Assembly (NCBI GenBank): GCA_038327385.1
Contig: JBBQKY010000001.1
Span: 4,218 to 68,217, forward strand
DNA length: 64,000 nt
Reading direction: 5' to 3'
DNA from: Propionibacteriales bacterium
GTDB lineage: Bacteria > Actinomycetota > Actinomycetes > Propionibacteriales > Nocardioidaceae
Under the pieces are notes generated by a model that saw only the letters and a program-made list of their open reading frames with translations, ran no database searches and was not told the origin of the DNA. Of the stretch, positions 43,749-53,264 are shown one piece after another. Every line of letters starts with the position of its first letter. The stretch's first letter is position 1. Both the position numbers and the translations under genes were made by a program.

Positions 43749-44729
43749 CTAGGCGCGGCCGCCCGAAACCTTGGACTCGGGAACGGCCACGCTGCGCAGG
43801 AGCGACGCGACGACCTGCTCCGGGCCGCGCCCGCCCATCTGTGCCTCCAGGCCGGTGATCAGCCGGTGCGCCAGGACCGACGGAGCCAGCAGCTGGAGGT
43901 CGTCGGGGATGACGTAGTCGCGAGACTGGAGTGCTGCATGCGCGCGGGAGGCCCGTACCAGGTGCAGGGTCGCGCGCGGAGACGCGCCGAGCCGCAGGTC
44001 CGGGGAACGGCGGGTGGCGGAGGTCAGGTCGACGGCATACTGCTTCACCGCCTGGGAGACATGAACGGTGCGCGTCACCTCGATGAGCTTGGCGATCTCC
44101 GCGGCGTCGGTGACCGGCTCGAGGTCGTCGAGCGGGTTCGCCGCGGAATGCGAGTCGAGCATGTCGAGCTCCGCGCGAGCGACCGGGTACCCCATGGAGA
44201 CACGCGCCATGAACCTGTCGCGCTGCGCCTCCGGCAGGGGGTAGGTGCCCTCCATCTCGATGGGGTTCTGGGTGGCGATGACCATGAACGGCACCTGGAG
44301 GTCGTACGTGACGCTGTCGACCGTCACCTGGCGCTCCTCCATACACTCCAGCAGCGCCGACTGGGTCTTCGGTGAGGCTCGGTTGATCTCGTCCCCAACG
44401 ACGATGTTGGCGAACACGCCGCCCGGGCGGAACTCGAAGTCCCTCGTCTCGCGGTTGTAGATGGAGACACCCGTGACGTCGGACGGGAGGAGGTCCGGGG
44501 TGAACTGGATCCGCTTGACGGTGCAGTCGATCGACCGGGCGAGCGCCTTGGCGAGCATTGTCTTGCCGACGCCGGGAACGTCCTCGATCAACAGGTGGCC
44601 CTCCGCCAGCAGGACCGTGAGCGCCGTCTGCACGGCGTCGGACTTGCCTTCGATGACCTTGGCGATGTTCGTGCTGACGCGACCCGTCACCTGGGCGAGT
44701 GTGTCGATGCTGCTCATCTGTCGTCCCAT
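43749..44729 (-). CDS. moxR: MoxR-family AAA+ ATPase
   Basis: [21 protein letters not shown] is the Walker [23 protein letters not shown] is the Walker B/sensor region. [24 protein letters not shown] is also present. The start is ATG 44729 or 44717. Confidence 0.85.
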   Translation of the reverse strand: MGRQMSSIDTLAQVTGRVSTNIAKVIEGKSDAVQTALTVLLAEGHLLIEDVPGVGKTMLAKALARSIDCTVKRIQFTPDLLPSDVTGVSIYNRETRDFEFRPGGVFANIVVGDEINRASPKTQSALLECMEERQVTVDSVTYDLQVPFMVIATQNPIEMEGTYPLPEAQRDRFMARVSMGYPVARAELDMLDSHSAANPLDDLEPVTDAAEIAKLIEVTRTVHVSQAVKQYAVDLTSATRRSPDLRLGASPRATLHLVRASRAHAALQSRDYVIPDDLQLLAPSVLAHRLITGLEAQMGGRGPEQVVASLLRSVAVPESKVSGGRA

Positions 44730-44960
44730 CGCTCCCCGAGCCCTCCCGGTGGGCCCGGCGGCTCTGATCTTGGCAACTCCGCGCCGCTTTCTCGATGGCC
44801 CGGACATAACGATGCGGTGACAGCCGGCTCGCAACACCGCTCGCACCGGCCGGTCGTGGGCGTCGTCTGTCAGGTTACGCCTCGCAGCCAGGCGTCGTAC
44901 GACGGTGTGCGAGCCGCCGATGCCGAGGCAGCGAGGCCGTGAGACACGCCGCTGGCGAGA

Positions 44961-44988
44961 GTGGGGCTTAGTGGGGTAACATGGTGGA
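44961..44988 (+). promoter_or_regulatory. Candidate MraZ operator: GTGG[G/A] direct repeats in the dcw promoter region
   Basis: GTGGGG lies at 44961 and 44971, exactly 10 nt apart, and GTGGA at 44984. All lie 30-57 nt upstream of the mraZ start. This matches the repeated GTGG-type boxes described for MraZ. Confidence 0.55.
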
Positions 44989-45017
44989 TAATGGAGCGAT
45001 GAGGAGGTGGGTGGTCA

Positions 45018-45458
45018 GTGTTCCTGGGCACCTACACGCCGCGGCTCGACGACAAGGGCCGCATCTTCCTCCCCGCGAAGTTCCGCGACGAGCTGTCGGA
45101 GGGCCTGGTGGTGACCAGAGGGCAGGAGCGGTGCCTGTACGTCTGGCCGAGTGCGGAGTTCCGGACGTTCACGACGGGCCTGCGCAAGGAATCAGTGACC
45201 AACCGCCGAAACCGGGACTTCATGCGGATGCTGTTCGCGGGCGCTTCGGCCGAGACCGCGGACCGGCAGGGACGCGTGACGCTCCCCGTGCTGCTCCGGA
45301 CGTATGCGGGTCTCGAACGCGACTGTGTCGTGCTCGGTGCCTACAACCGCGCCGAGATCTGGGACTCCGCCGCCTGGCAGCGCTACACCGACGAACAAGA
45401 GGACTCGTATGCGAACTGGTCGGAGGAGGCGATGTCTGACGTGCAGCCCGACGGCTGA
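45018..45458 (+). CDS. mraZ: Transcriptional regulator MraZ
   Basis: 146 aa. FLGTYTPRLDDKGRIFLPAKFR and DRQGRVTLPVLLR are the two SpoVT/AbrB-like DxxxR repeats. GAGGAGG lies 10 nt upstream of GTG 45018. Confidence 0.9.
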   Translation: MFLGTYTPRLDDKGRIFLPAKFRDELSEGLVVTRGQERCLYVWPSAEFRTFTTGLRKESVTNRRNRDFMRMLFAGASAETADRQGRVTLPVLLRTYAGLERDCVVLGAYNRAEIWDSAAWQRYTDEQEDSYANWSEEAMSDVQPDG

Positions 45459-45670
45459 CCGGTCGTCGTAGGCCGAGGTCTCCAGACCGCACTTCCACGC
45501 CTGCTGGCACACCTTCCCCGGTGCCAGCCGTCGTGTCCCGGAAGCTGCGGTCGGGGACCTGGGCCGACGAAGCCGGACGCTGGACACGGAAGAGACACAG
45601 CAGATCGGCGGCCTCGCCTACCCACGACAGCCAGCTGCGTGGGACAAACTGCTCATGAGCAGAAGGGTCG

Positions 45671-45835
45671 ATGATGAGAAGCTCGAACATGAGCCCCGAC
45701 GCGGGGATGCAGCTGCCGCTCGAACGACGGGTTCGCGACGAGGTCAGGGACGGGTTGGCCGTTGCGGCCGCCTCCGTCAGTGCCTCTGTCGCCCTGGTGC
45801 TGGCCGCGGCGTTGCTCATGAAGCTGGCCGGCTAG
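45671..45835 (+). CDS. Candidate 54-aa small membrane protein in the mraZ-rsmH spacer
   Basis: The sequence is MMRSSNMSPDAGMQLPLERRVRDEVRDGLAVAAASVSASVALVLAAALLMKLAG. About 85% of codons end in G/C. AGAAGGG lies just upstream. The stop is 6 nt before the rsmH ATG. It falls below the 60-aa ORF-track cutoff. Confidence 0.35.
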   Translation: MMRSSNMSPDAGMQLPLERRVRDEVRDGLAVAAASVSASVALVLAAALLMKLAG

Positions 45836-45841
45836 CCGCAC

Positions 45842-46798
45842 ATGTCGTCGGCCTTCGACCATGTCCCGGTGCTGCTCGACCGCGTCGTCGCACTGCTGGC
45901 ACCGGCCCTGACAGAGCCGGGCGCGATCCTCGTCGATGCCACGCTCGGTCTGGGCGGGCACAGTGCCGCGGTTCTGGCGCGCTGCCCGAACGCCCATGTG
46001 GTGGGTCTCGACCGCGACCCGCAGGCGCTGCGGCTCGCGGGGGAGCGGCTCGCGGGCTCGGCCAGCCGTACGACGCTGGTCCACGCCGTCTACGACCAGA
46101 TTCCTTCGGTTCTCGCCGATCTTGGTATGCCGAGCGTGCAGGGTGTGCTGTTCGACCTGGGCGTGTCCTCCATGCAGCTCGACGAACGCTCACGCGGGTT
46201 CGCGTACTCCGCGGACGCCCCCCTCGACATGCGGATGGACCCCGAGACCGGGCCCACCGCCGCCGACGTGCTGAACAGCTACTCCGCCGCGGACCTGGCT
46301 CAGGTGCTGCGCCACTACGGCGAGGAGCGCTTCGCCCGCCGGATCGCGGAGAAGGTGGTGGCCGAGCGCGCCGCCGCGCCCTTCGACACCAGCGCGCGGC
46401 TCGTGGACCTGGTGAGGTCGGCCATCCCGGCGGCTGCCCGCCGCACCGGAGGGAACCCCGCGAAACGGACCTTCCAGGCGCTGCGCATCGAGGTCAACGA
46501 CGAGCTCTCGGTCCTTCGGCGCTCGCTGCCCCGGGCCGTTGACGCCCTCGCGCTGGGCGGGCGGATCGTGGTGATGTCCTACCACTCGCTCGAGGACCGC
46601 ATCGTCAAGCAGCTGCTGACAGCACGCGCGAGCGCCACGGCCCCGCTCGACCTGCCCGTCGTACCGGCCGGGGACCAGCCGGAGCTCCGGCTGCTGACTC
46701 GTGGCGCCGAGCGAGCCTCAGCGGCCGAGACCACCACCAACCCGCGGGCCGCCTCGGTGCGCCTGCGGGCAGCCGAACGTCTCCGGGAGGCCGCGTGA
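45842..46798 (+). CDS. rsmH: 16S rRNA (cytosine1402-N4)-methyltransferase
   Basis: 318 aa. [10 protein letters not shown]...[11 protein letters not shown]...[14 protein letters not shown]...[11 protein letters not shown] are RsmH/MraW motifs. Confidence 0.9.
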   Translation: MSSAFDHVPVLLDRVVALLAPALTEPGAILVDATLGLGGHSAAVLARCPNAHVVGLDRDPQALRLAGERLAGSASRTTLVHAVYDQIPSVLADLGMPSVQGVLFDLGVSSMQLDERSRGFAYSADAPLDMRMDPETGPTAADVLNSYSAADLAQVLRHYGEERFARRIAEKVVAERAAAPFDTSARLVDLVRSAIPAAARRTGGNPAKRTFQALRIEVNDELSVLRRSLPRAVDALALGGRIVVMSYHSLEDRIVKQLLTARASATAPLDLPVVPAGDQPELRLLTRGAERASAAETTTNPRAASVRLRAAERLREAA

Positions 46799-47373
46799 GC
46801 GCGTCGTTCAACGGGAGCAGGGCGCGCGGACTCGCGCCCGCCCGGTCCGTGCCGAGGCCGCGGCTGACCGTGGTGTCCCGGCCCGACCGGAACGCCCCGC
46901 GGCTGCCCTTCGTGGCGCTGGTCGTCGCGGTGCTCACCGCTGGCCTGGTCGGCTTGCTCCTGCTGAACACCGGCATGGAGCGGGGGGCCTACCAGGTGAC
47001 GACGCTGCGCGCTCAGGCGGCCGAGCTGGACATCGAGCAGCAGGCCCTCCAGCTGCGGGTGGCCGCGCTGCAGGACCCGCAAGAGGTGGCCGCGAGGGCA
47101 CTGCGGCTCGGCATGGTGCAGAACACCAGCCCGGCATTCATCTCCCTCGCCACCGGAAAGGTCCTCGGCGTCTCCGTCCCCGGTTCGGCAGGCAACGGGT
47201 TCGACATCGGCAGCTCGCTCGCTCCCAGCATCACCCGGCTGGCCAAGCGCGCCCCGATCGTCGCAGGTGAGGCCAACAGTGCGGGCGTGACGGTGGCTCT
47301 GCCCGGCTCCGGAGCCGGGCAGAAGACGAAAGGCGGCGACACCGCGCGTACCTCCCCTGCGAGCACGCACTAG
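46795..47373 (+). CDS. ftsL: FtsL-like septation protein (Rv2164c-like)
   Basis: 192 aa. Its GTG overlaps the rsmH stop (GTGA). One TM helix ([21 protein letters not shown]) is followed by a coiled-coil ([25 protein letters not shown]). It occupies the conserved dcw position. Confidence 0.7.
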   Translation: MSASFNGSRARGLAPARSVPRPRLTVVSRPDRNAPRLPFVALVVAVLTAGLVGLLLLNTGMERGAYQVTTLRAQAAELDIEQQALQLRVAALQDPQEVAARALRLGMVQNTSPAFISLATGKVLGVSVPGSAGNGFDIGSSLAPSITRLAKRAPIVAGEANSAGVTVALPGSGAGQKTKGGDTARTSPASTH

Positions 47374-47425
47374 CAAGGTACAAACGCACTAGAAGTAGGC
47401 ACCCGGGGTCGGCCGAAGGAGCGTC

Positions 47426-49192
47426 TTGAGTCGTCGAAGCCAGCGCGAGCCCCGCAGGACGATCCCCCGCGCGACCGGACCGTTCCGGCTCTGGAGCGCG
47501 TTCTGTGCCGTCGCCTTCCTGCTGTCGCTCTTCGCCGCCCGGCTGGTCCAGCTGCAGGGCGTCGACGAGAACGACTACGCGGCCATGGCGAGGGCCACCG
47601 GTGCCCAGACGATCACCCTCGAGGCACCCCGTGCGCCCATCTACGACCGCTTCGGTGTCAAGCTGGCCGAGACCGTCGACGCCGCCAAGCTGATCGCCGA
47701 CCCGACGTTCACGAGCGGGCACGCGACCGAGATCGCTGCAGTGCTGCACCGGCGCTTCGGCGCCGACTACCTGGACATGGTCTCGTCGCTGCGCAAGCCA
47801 GGCACTCGCTATGTCGAGCTCGCCCGGCACCTCTCGCCCAAGGTAGCGAGCGCCACCGTGACCCGGCTGAACCACCTCGGGCTGGCGGGGGTGTACACGG
47901 CCCATGACACGCTGCGGGTCTACCCGGCCGGCGACGTTGCCGCGAGCCTCCTCGGTTTCGTCAAGCAGGACGGCACCGGCGCGACGGGCATCGAGCACGG
48001 GCTCGAGCCGACGCTGGCCGGCACGGACGGCTCCGCGACCTACCAGGTCGAGAACGGCCAGATCCTGCCGCTCGCAACGAGCACCGTCACGCAGCCGAGG
48101 GAGGGCACCGGAGTCCGGCTGACGATAGACGAGGACCTGCAGTTCCTCGCCCAGCGGCGGCTGGCCAAGGCGGTCCGGGGAGCCGCCGCCGACTCCGGTG
48201 TCGCCGTCGTGATGGACCCTCGCACCTCGCAGGTCCTGGCGCTGGCGGACTACCCGTCGTACAACGCCAATGAGCCGCCGGCGCAGAAGCGGTTGTGGAA
48301 CTCGGCGGGGCTGTACGCGGCCTATGAGCCGGGCAGTGTGCAGAAGGTCCTGACGTTCAGCGCCCTCATCAACGGGGGGTATGTGACGCCGTCGACCCGG
48401 GTCGTGGTGCCGCCGATCCTGGCGGTGCCGGGCGACAAGCCGATTCACGACTACTTCTACCACGGCACCCTGCACCTGACCACGGCCGGCGTCGTGGCAC
48501 TCTCGTCGAACATCGGCACCGTCCGCTCGGCTGCCGCCATGCCGAACCGAGAGCTCTACGGCTACCTGCGCCAGTTCGGTCTCGGGTCCGCGCCGGATAT
48601 CGGTCTGCCGGGGGTATCCGCCGGGACGTTGGGAGATCCCGGCACCTGGTCGCCGCGGACGCGCGACACCATCGACTTCGGCCAGAGCATCAGCATGACG
48701 GCGCTGCAGATGGCCACCGCGATCAGCACGGTCGCGAACGGAGGGGAGTACGTGGCACCGTCCCTCATCGCCGGCTCGGTGTCCAGTGGGGGCCAGTTCA
48801 CGCCCGCCCCGGCCCCGGAGCGGCACCGGGTGGTCAGTCGGTCGACAGCGAGCGCGGTCACCCAGATGATGCGCACCGTCGTCGGCCCCGACGGCACGGC
48901 GAGCCAGGTCGCGATCGACGGCTACCAGGTCGCTGGCAAGACGGGCACGGCAGAGCGGGCGGTGTCCAGCTGCACGTGCTACCAGGGCAAGACCGTGTCG
49001 TTCGCCGGCTTCGCACCGGCCGACAACCCCCGGTTCGTCGTGTACGTCGTGATCCAGAACCCTCGGGTGGCCGGCGCCGGCGGTGGCGGCACCGCCGGCC
49101 CGGTCTGGCACGACCTGATGATCTCGGCGCTGCAGAAGTACGGCGTCCCCCCGACGGGCAAGCACGAGCCCTTCCTGCCCACCACGTGGTGA
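47426..49192 (+). CDS. ftsI: Penicillin-binding protein FtsI/PbpB (class B PBP, division transpeptidase)
   Basis: 588 aa. The SxxK motif is GSVQK, the SxN motif is LSSNIG and the KTG motif is GKTGTA. TTG 47426 is preceded by GAAGGAG. Confidence 0.9.
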   Translation: MSRRSQREPRRTIPRATGPFRLWSAFCAVAFLLSLFAARLVQLQGVDENDYAAMARATGAQTITLEAPRAPIYDRFGVKLAETVDAAKLIADPTFTSGHATEIAAVLHRRFGADYLDMVSSLRKPGTRYVELARHLSPKVASATVTRLNHLGLAGVYTAHDTLRVYPAGDVAASLLGFVKQDGTGATGIEHGLEPTLAGTDGSATYQVENGQILPLATSTVTQPREGTGVRLTIDEDLQFLAQRRLAKAVRGAAADSGVAVVMDPRTSQVLALADYPSYNANEPPAQKRLWNSAGLYAAYEPGSVQKVLTFSALINGGYVTPSTRVVVPPILAVPGDKPIHDYFYHGTLHLTTAGVVALSSNIGTVRSAAAMPNRELYGYLRQFGLGSAPDIGLPGVSAGTLGDPGTWSPRTRDTIDFGQSISMTALQMATAISTVANGGEYVAPSLIAGSVSSGGQFTPAPAPERHRVVSRSTASAVTQMMRTVVGPDGTASQVAIDGYQVAGKTGTAERAVSSCTCYQGKTVSFAGFAPADNPRFVVYVVIQNPRVAGAGGGGTAGPVWHDLMISALQKYGVPPTGKHEPFLPTTW

Positions 49193-49254
49193 GCGCAGCT
49201 AGCCTTCCGCTGTGGATCGGGTGGCGATGAGGGCGCGGCGCCGGGGGCAGCGCG

Positions 49255-50781
49255 ATGAGCGTGTCGACGCGCCCTGAGGTCGTCACGCCGCTCGCCCTGT
49301 CGGAGCTGGCGGAGCTGACCTCGGCAGCTCCGCCTTCCGCCGACCCGGAGGTGACCGGCGTCAGCCTGCGCTCCGGCTCGGTCCTTCCCGGCGACCTCTA
49401 TGCCGCACTGCCTGGTGCGCGCACGCATGGCGCCCGGTTCTGTCGCGAGGCCAGGGCCGCCGGCGCGAAGGCCGTACTCACCGACGAGGCGGGGCGGGTG
49501 GCCGCCGCCGCGGCCGGCCTGCCGGCTCTCGTCGTGCCCTCCCCGCGCGCGCTGCTGGGCCAGGTCTCGGCAGCCGTCTACGGCTTCCCGGCGTCAGCTC
49601 TGGTGCTGGTGGGGGTCACCGGCACTCAGGGCAAGACCACGACGACCCAGCTGCTCGGCTCGGCGCTGGCTGCTGCCGGTCGCCGTACCGCTGTCATCGG
49701 CACGATGGGCACGTGGGTCGTCGGCGAACGGGTCGAGACCGCCCTGACCACGCCAGAGGCGCCGGACCTGCACGCGATGTTCGCGGTCATGCGCGAGCGG
49801 GGCGTCGAGGTCTGTGCCATGGAGGTGTCGAGCCACGCGCTGGTCCTGCACCGCGTCGACGGTGTGGTGTTCGACGTGGCGGCGTTCTTGAACTTCGGCC
49901 GCGACCACCTCGACTTCCACCCCGACGCCCACGCCTACTTCGCCGCCAAGGCCGCGTTGTTCTCCCCGCAACGCGCGCGCCTGGGCCTGCTGAACTCAGA
50001 CGATGCGGCGGTAGCCGGCCTGCGCGACCGGCTGGACATACCGGTGCGAACGTTCTCCGCGACCGGAGGGGACGCCGACTGGCGATGCGAGGCGGTGAGC
50101 CTGCACGCCTGGGGCGCCGACTTCACGGTTCGCGGCCCTGCCGGGGTGCGGACACCGGTGACGAGCCGGCTGGTGGGTGGATTCAACGTGGCGAACGCCC
50201 TCGCCGCGCTCGCCGCCGCGGCGGAGGCGGGCTTCGACCTCGCTCGCTCCGCCGCCGGTCTTGCCGCCGTGGAGTCGGTCGACGGCAGGCTCGAGCGCCT
50301 CGATGAGGGACAGGACTTCACCGTGGTCGTGGACTACGCCCACAAGCCGGATGCCGTCGAAGCCGCGCTCACCGCGATGCGCGCCGTCACGCCGGGACGA
50401 CTCTGGGTCGTGCTGGGTGCCGGCGGGGACCGCGACGCGGGCAAGCGGGAGCTGATGGGGGCGGCGGCCGCCGCGCTCGCGGATGTGGTCGTGGTCACCG
50501 ACGACAACCCCCGCACCGAACCGCCTGCGCTCATCCGCCGAGCCCTGGTGGCGGGTGCCCGCCGAGCCGGGAGCGGCTCCGGTGAGCTGTACGAGGTGGC
50601 CGGCCGGCGCGCGGCCATCGAGCGGGCGCTCGCCGGTGCCCGGGCCGGAGACACCGTGCTGATCGCCGGGAAGGGGCATGAGTCGGGACAGGAGATCGGC
50701 ACCACCGTCGCGCCGTTCGACGACCGCGTCGTCGCCCGGGAGATCCTCGCCCGTCTCGCCGAGGCGGCCGGCGCCCCGTGA
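49255..50781 (+). CDS. murE: UDP-N-acetylmuramoyl-L-alanyl-D-glutamate--2,6-diaminopimelate ligase
   Basis: 508 aa. GVTGTQGKTTTT is the P-loop. VVVTDDNPRTE is the DNPR motif typical of DAP-adding MurE. Confidence 0.9.
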   Translation: MSVSTRPEVVTPLALSELAELTSAAPPSADPEVTGVSLRSGSVLPGDLYAALPGARTHGARFCREARAAGAKAVLTDEAGRVAAAAAGLPALVVPSPRALLGQVSAAVYGFPASALVLVGVTGTQGKTTTTQLLGSALAAAGRRTAVIGTMGTWVVGERVETALTTPEAPDLHAMFAVMRERGVEVCAMEVSSHALVLHRVDGVVFDVAAFLNFGRDHLDFHPDAHAYFAAKAALFSPQRARLGLLNSDDAAVAGLRDRLDIPVRTFSATGGDADWRCEAVSLHAWGADFTVRGPAGVRTPVTSRLVGGFNVANALAALAAAAEAGFDLARSAAGLAAVESVDGRLERLDEGQDFTVVVDYAHKPDAVEAALTAMRAVTPGRLWVVLGAGGDRDAGKRELMGAAAAALADVVVVTDDNPRTEPPALIRRALVAGARRAGSGSGELYEVAGRRAAIERALAGARAGDTVLIAGKGHESGQEIGTTVAPFDDRVVAREILARLAEAAGAP

Positions 50782-52196
50782 TCGAGATGACGCTCGGTGA
50801 GATAGCGACGGCGGTCGGTGGCTCGGTCTCAGCGGCGGACGCGGGCGTCACGGTGAGCGGCCCGGCCTTTGTCGACTCACGCTCGACGGTGGCCGACGGA
50901 CTCTTCGTGGCGGTAGCGGGCGAGCGGGTCGACGGGCACGAGTTCGCCCACGCGGCGGTCGAGGCAGGGGCGGCCGGTGTATTGGCGGCGCGACAGGTTG
51001 CAGCGCCGTCCGTCGTCGTCGATGACGTCGTGGGAGGGCTCGGTCGGCTGGCGAGGCACGTGCGAGCTCAGCTCCGCGACCTCACCGTCGTCGGAGTCAC
51101 CGGCTCCCAGGGCAAGACCAGCGCCAAGGACATGCTCGCCGTGATCCTGGGCGCGGCCGGACAGACGGTGGCGACCGCCGAGTCCTTCAACAACGAGATC
51201 GGGCTGCCGCTGACGATGCTGCGCGCCACCGCCACGACCCGTTACCTCGTGGCCGAGCTCGGTACTCGTGGCCCAGGGCAGATCGGGTTTCTCGCGGAGG
51301 TGGTACGGCCCACCATCGGGCTCGTGCTGAACGTCGGCGTCGCCCACATCGGCGAGTTCGGCACCCAGGACGCGATCGCCACCGCGAAGGGGGAGCTGGT
51401 GGCGGCGCTGCCGCCGACCGGCCTCGCCGTCCTCAACTCCGACGACCACCGGGTCAGCGCCATGGCCGCCCGGACCTCGGCGGCCGTGCTGACCTTCGGC
51501 ACGAGCGCCGGCAGCGACGTGCGCTTCGCCGGCCTCGACCTCGATGCGGACGGGCATCCGGCCATGCGCCTGACCTGGCGTCGACGGTCGGCCGACCTGA
51601 CGCTGGGGTACGTCGGCGTACACCATGCAGCCAACGCGGCAGCTGCGGCTGCCGTTGCGCTCGGCATGGGGCTCGACCTCGACTCCGTCGTGGCGTCCCT
51701 TCGCGGCGCGCAACCGCTGTCGCACTGGCGGATGGCGGTTTCCACGAGCCCCGAGGGCGTCGTGGTCATCAACGACGCCTACAACGCCAACCCGGACAGC
51801 ATGCGCGCCGCGGTCGCCGCGCTCGTCGAGATCGCCCGGCGGCGGGGGGCGGGCCGCACGTTCGCGGTGCTGGGCGAGATGCTCGAGCTGGGTGAGGCGA
51901 GCCGTCGCGAGCACGAGGCCATCGGCCCGCTGGTTGCCCGGCTCGGGGTGACGCGCCTCTTGGCGGTGGGGCCGTCCACGCGCCCGGCTCAGGTCGCGGC
52001 CTCGCAGGAGAGCAGCTGGGCCGGGGTGGCCGACTATGTCGGCGACAGCGCCGCGGCCTTGGAGCTGCTGCGCGGCGAGCTGCGTCCGGGTGACGTGGTG
52101 CTTGTGAAAGCATCGCGGGCAGCGGGGCTCGAGGGGCTGGCGGCCGCCCTGACAGCGGGACTCACGCCGACGATGCGGACGGGCGGTGGCCGATGA
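50778..52196 (+). CDS. murF: UDP-N-acetylmuramoyl-tripeptide--D-alanyl-D-alanine ligase
   Basis: 472 aa. GVTGSQGKTSAKDML is the P-loop. INDAYNANPDSM is also present. The GTGA start overlaps the murE stop. Confidence 0.9.
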   Translation: MIEMTLGEIATAVGGSVSAADAGVTVSGPAFVDSRSTVADGLFVAVAGERVDGHEFAHAAVEAGAAGVLAARQVAAPSVVVDDVVGGLGRLARHVRAQLRDLTVVGVTGSQGKTSAKDMLAVILGAAGQTVATAESFNNEIGLPLTMLRATATTRYLVAELGTRGPGQIGFLAEVVRPTIGLVLNVGVAHIGEFGTQDAIATAKGELVAALPPTGLAVLNSDDHRVSAMAARTSAAVLTFGTSAGSDVRFAGLDLDADGHPAMRLTWRRRSADLTLGYVGVHHAANAAAAAAVALGMGLDLDSVVASLRGAQPLSHWRMAVSTSPEGVVVINDAYNANPDSMRAAVAALVEIARRRGAGRTFAVLGEMLELGEASRREHEAIGPLVARLGVTRLLAVGPSTRPAQVAASQESSWAGVADYVGDSAAALELLRGELRPGDVVLVKASRAAGLEGLAAALTAGLTPTMRTGGGR

Positions 52197-53257
52197 GAGC
52201 GATCCTGCTCGCCGGAGCGATCGCCCTCGTGGTGACGCTGCTCGGCACCCGCTGGGCGATCTCCTTCCTCGCCAGCAGGGGCTACGGGCAGCTCATCCGA
52301 GACGACGGACCGACCTCGCACCACACGAAACGCGGCACGCCCACGATGGGCGGTGCGGTCGTCATCGTCGCTGTGGTGTTCGCCTACGGCGCCGCCAAGC
52401 TGATCACCCACTCGACGCCAACGATCTCGGCGGTGCTGCTGCTGGGGCTCGTCGTTGGCCTGGGCGCGGTGGGGTTCCTCGACGACTACATCAAGATCTT
52501 CAAGCAGCGCAGCCTGGGGCTGCGCAGCAAGACCAAGTTCACCGGCCAGACGCTCATCGCCGTCGCCTTCGGCTGGCTCAGCCTGCACTTCCCGGACAGC
52601 CGCGGCCAGTCCCCGGCCTCGCCCGCAATCTCGTTCATCCGAGTGATCGACTGGAAGCTGCCGACGGTCCTGGTCATCGCGTGGGTGCTGGTCATGATCG
52701 CCGGTGCCAGCAACGCAGCGAACCTGGCTGACGGCCTCGACGGACTGGCAACGGGCTCGACGATGATGGTCTTCGCGGCGTACACCCTCGTTGGGATCTG
52801 GCAGAACAACAACTTCTGCAAGTTCAAGCCCGGACCGCAGTGCTACAACGACATCCGGGACCCGCTCGACCTTGCCGTGGTCGCGGCGGCCCTCACCGGT
52901 GCCTGCTTCGGGTTCCTGTGGTGGAACGCGTCGCCGGCCAGGATCATCATGGGTGACACCGGCGCCCTCTCGCTCGGCGGGGCCATGGCCGGCTTTGCGA
53001 TCATGACGCGCACCGAGCTGCTGCTTATCGTGCTCGGCGGGCTGTTCGCGATCATCACCGCCTCGGTGATCCTCCAAGTGGGCTACTTCAAGATCACCGG
53101 CGGCAAGAGGCTGTTCCGGATGGCTCCGCTCCATCATCATTTCGAGCTGCTGGGCTGGGCGGAGGTCACCATTGTCATCAGGTTCTGGCTGATCTCCGGC
53201 ATCTGCGTGGCCGGTGGTCTCGGCATCTTCTATGCGGAGTGGGTCGTGGGCACGTGA
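52193..53257 (+). CDS. mraY: Phospho-N-acetylmuramoyl-pentapeptide transferase
   Basis: 354 aa. HHTKRGTPTMGG, NAANLADGLDGLA and MGDTGALSLGG are present. The ATGA start overlaps the murF stop. Confidence 0.9.
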   Translation: MRAILLAGAIALVVTLLGTRWAISFLASRGYGQLIRDDGPTSHHTKRGTPTMGGAVVIVAVVFAYGAAKLITHSTPTISAVLLLGLVVGLGAVGFLDDYIKIFKQRSLGLRSKTKFTGQTLIAVAFGWLSLHFPDSRGQSPASPAISFIRVIDWKLPTVLVIAWVLVMIAGASNAANLADGLDGLATGSTMMVFAAYTLVGIWQNNNFCKFKPGPQCYNDIRDPLDLAVVAAALTGACFGFLWWNASPARIIMGDTGALSLGGAMAGFAIMTRTELLLIVLGGLFAIITASVILQVGYFKITGGKRLFRMAPLHHHFELLGWAEVTIVIRFWLISGICVAGGLGIFYAEWVVGT

Positions 53258-53264
53258 GCGACCG

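Noticed and set aside
45655-46542. A 295-aa plus-strand ORF that starts in the mraZ-rsmH spacer and runs through rsmH out of frame.
   Set aside because: It overlaps the clearly recognisable rsmH frame for about 700 nt and is Arg/Gly/Ala-rich. It is a GC artefact. The in-spacer 54-codon ORF is in a different frame.
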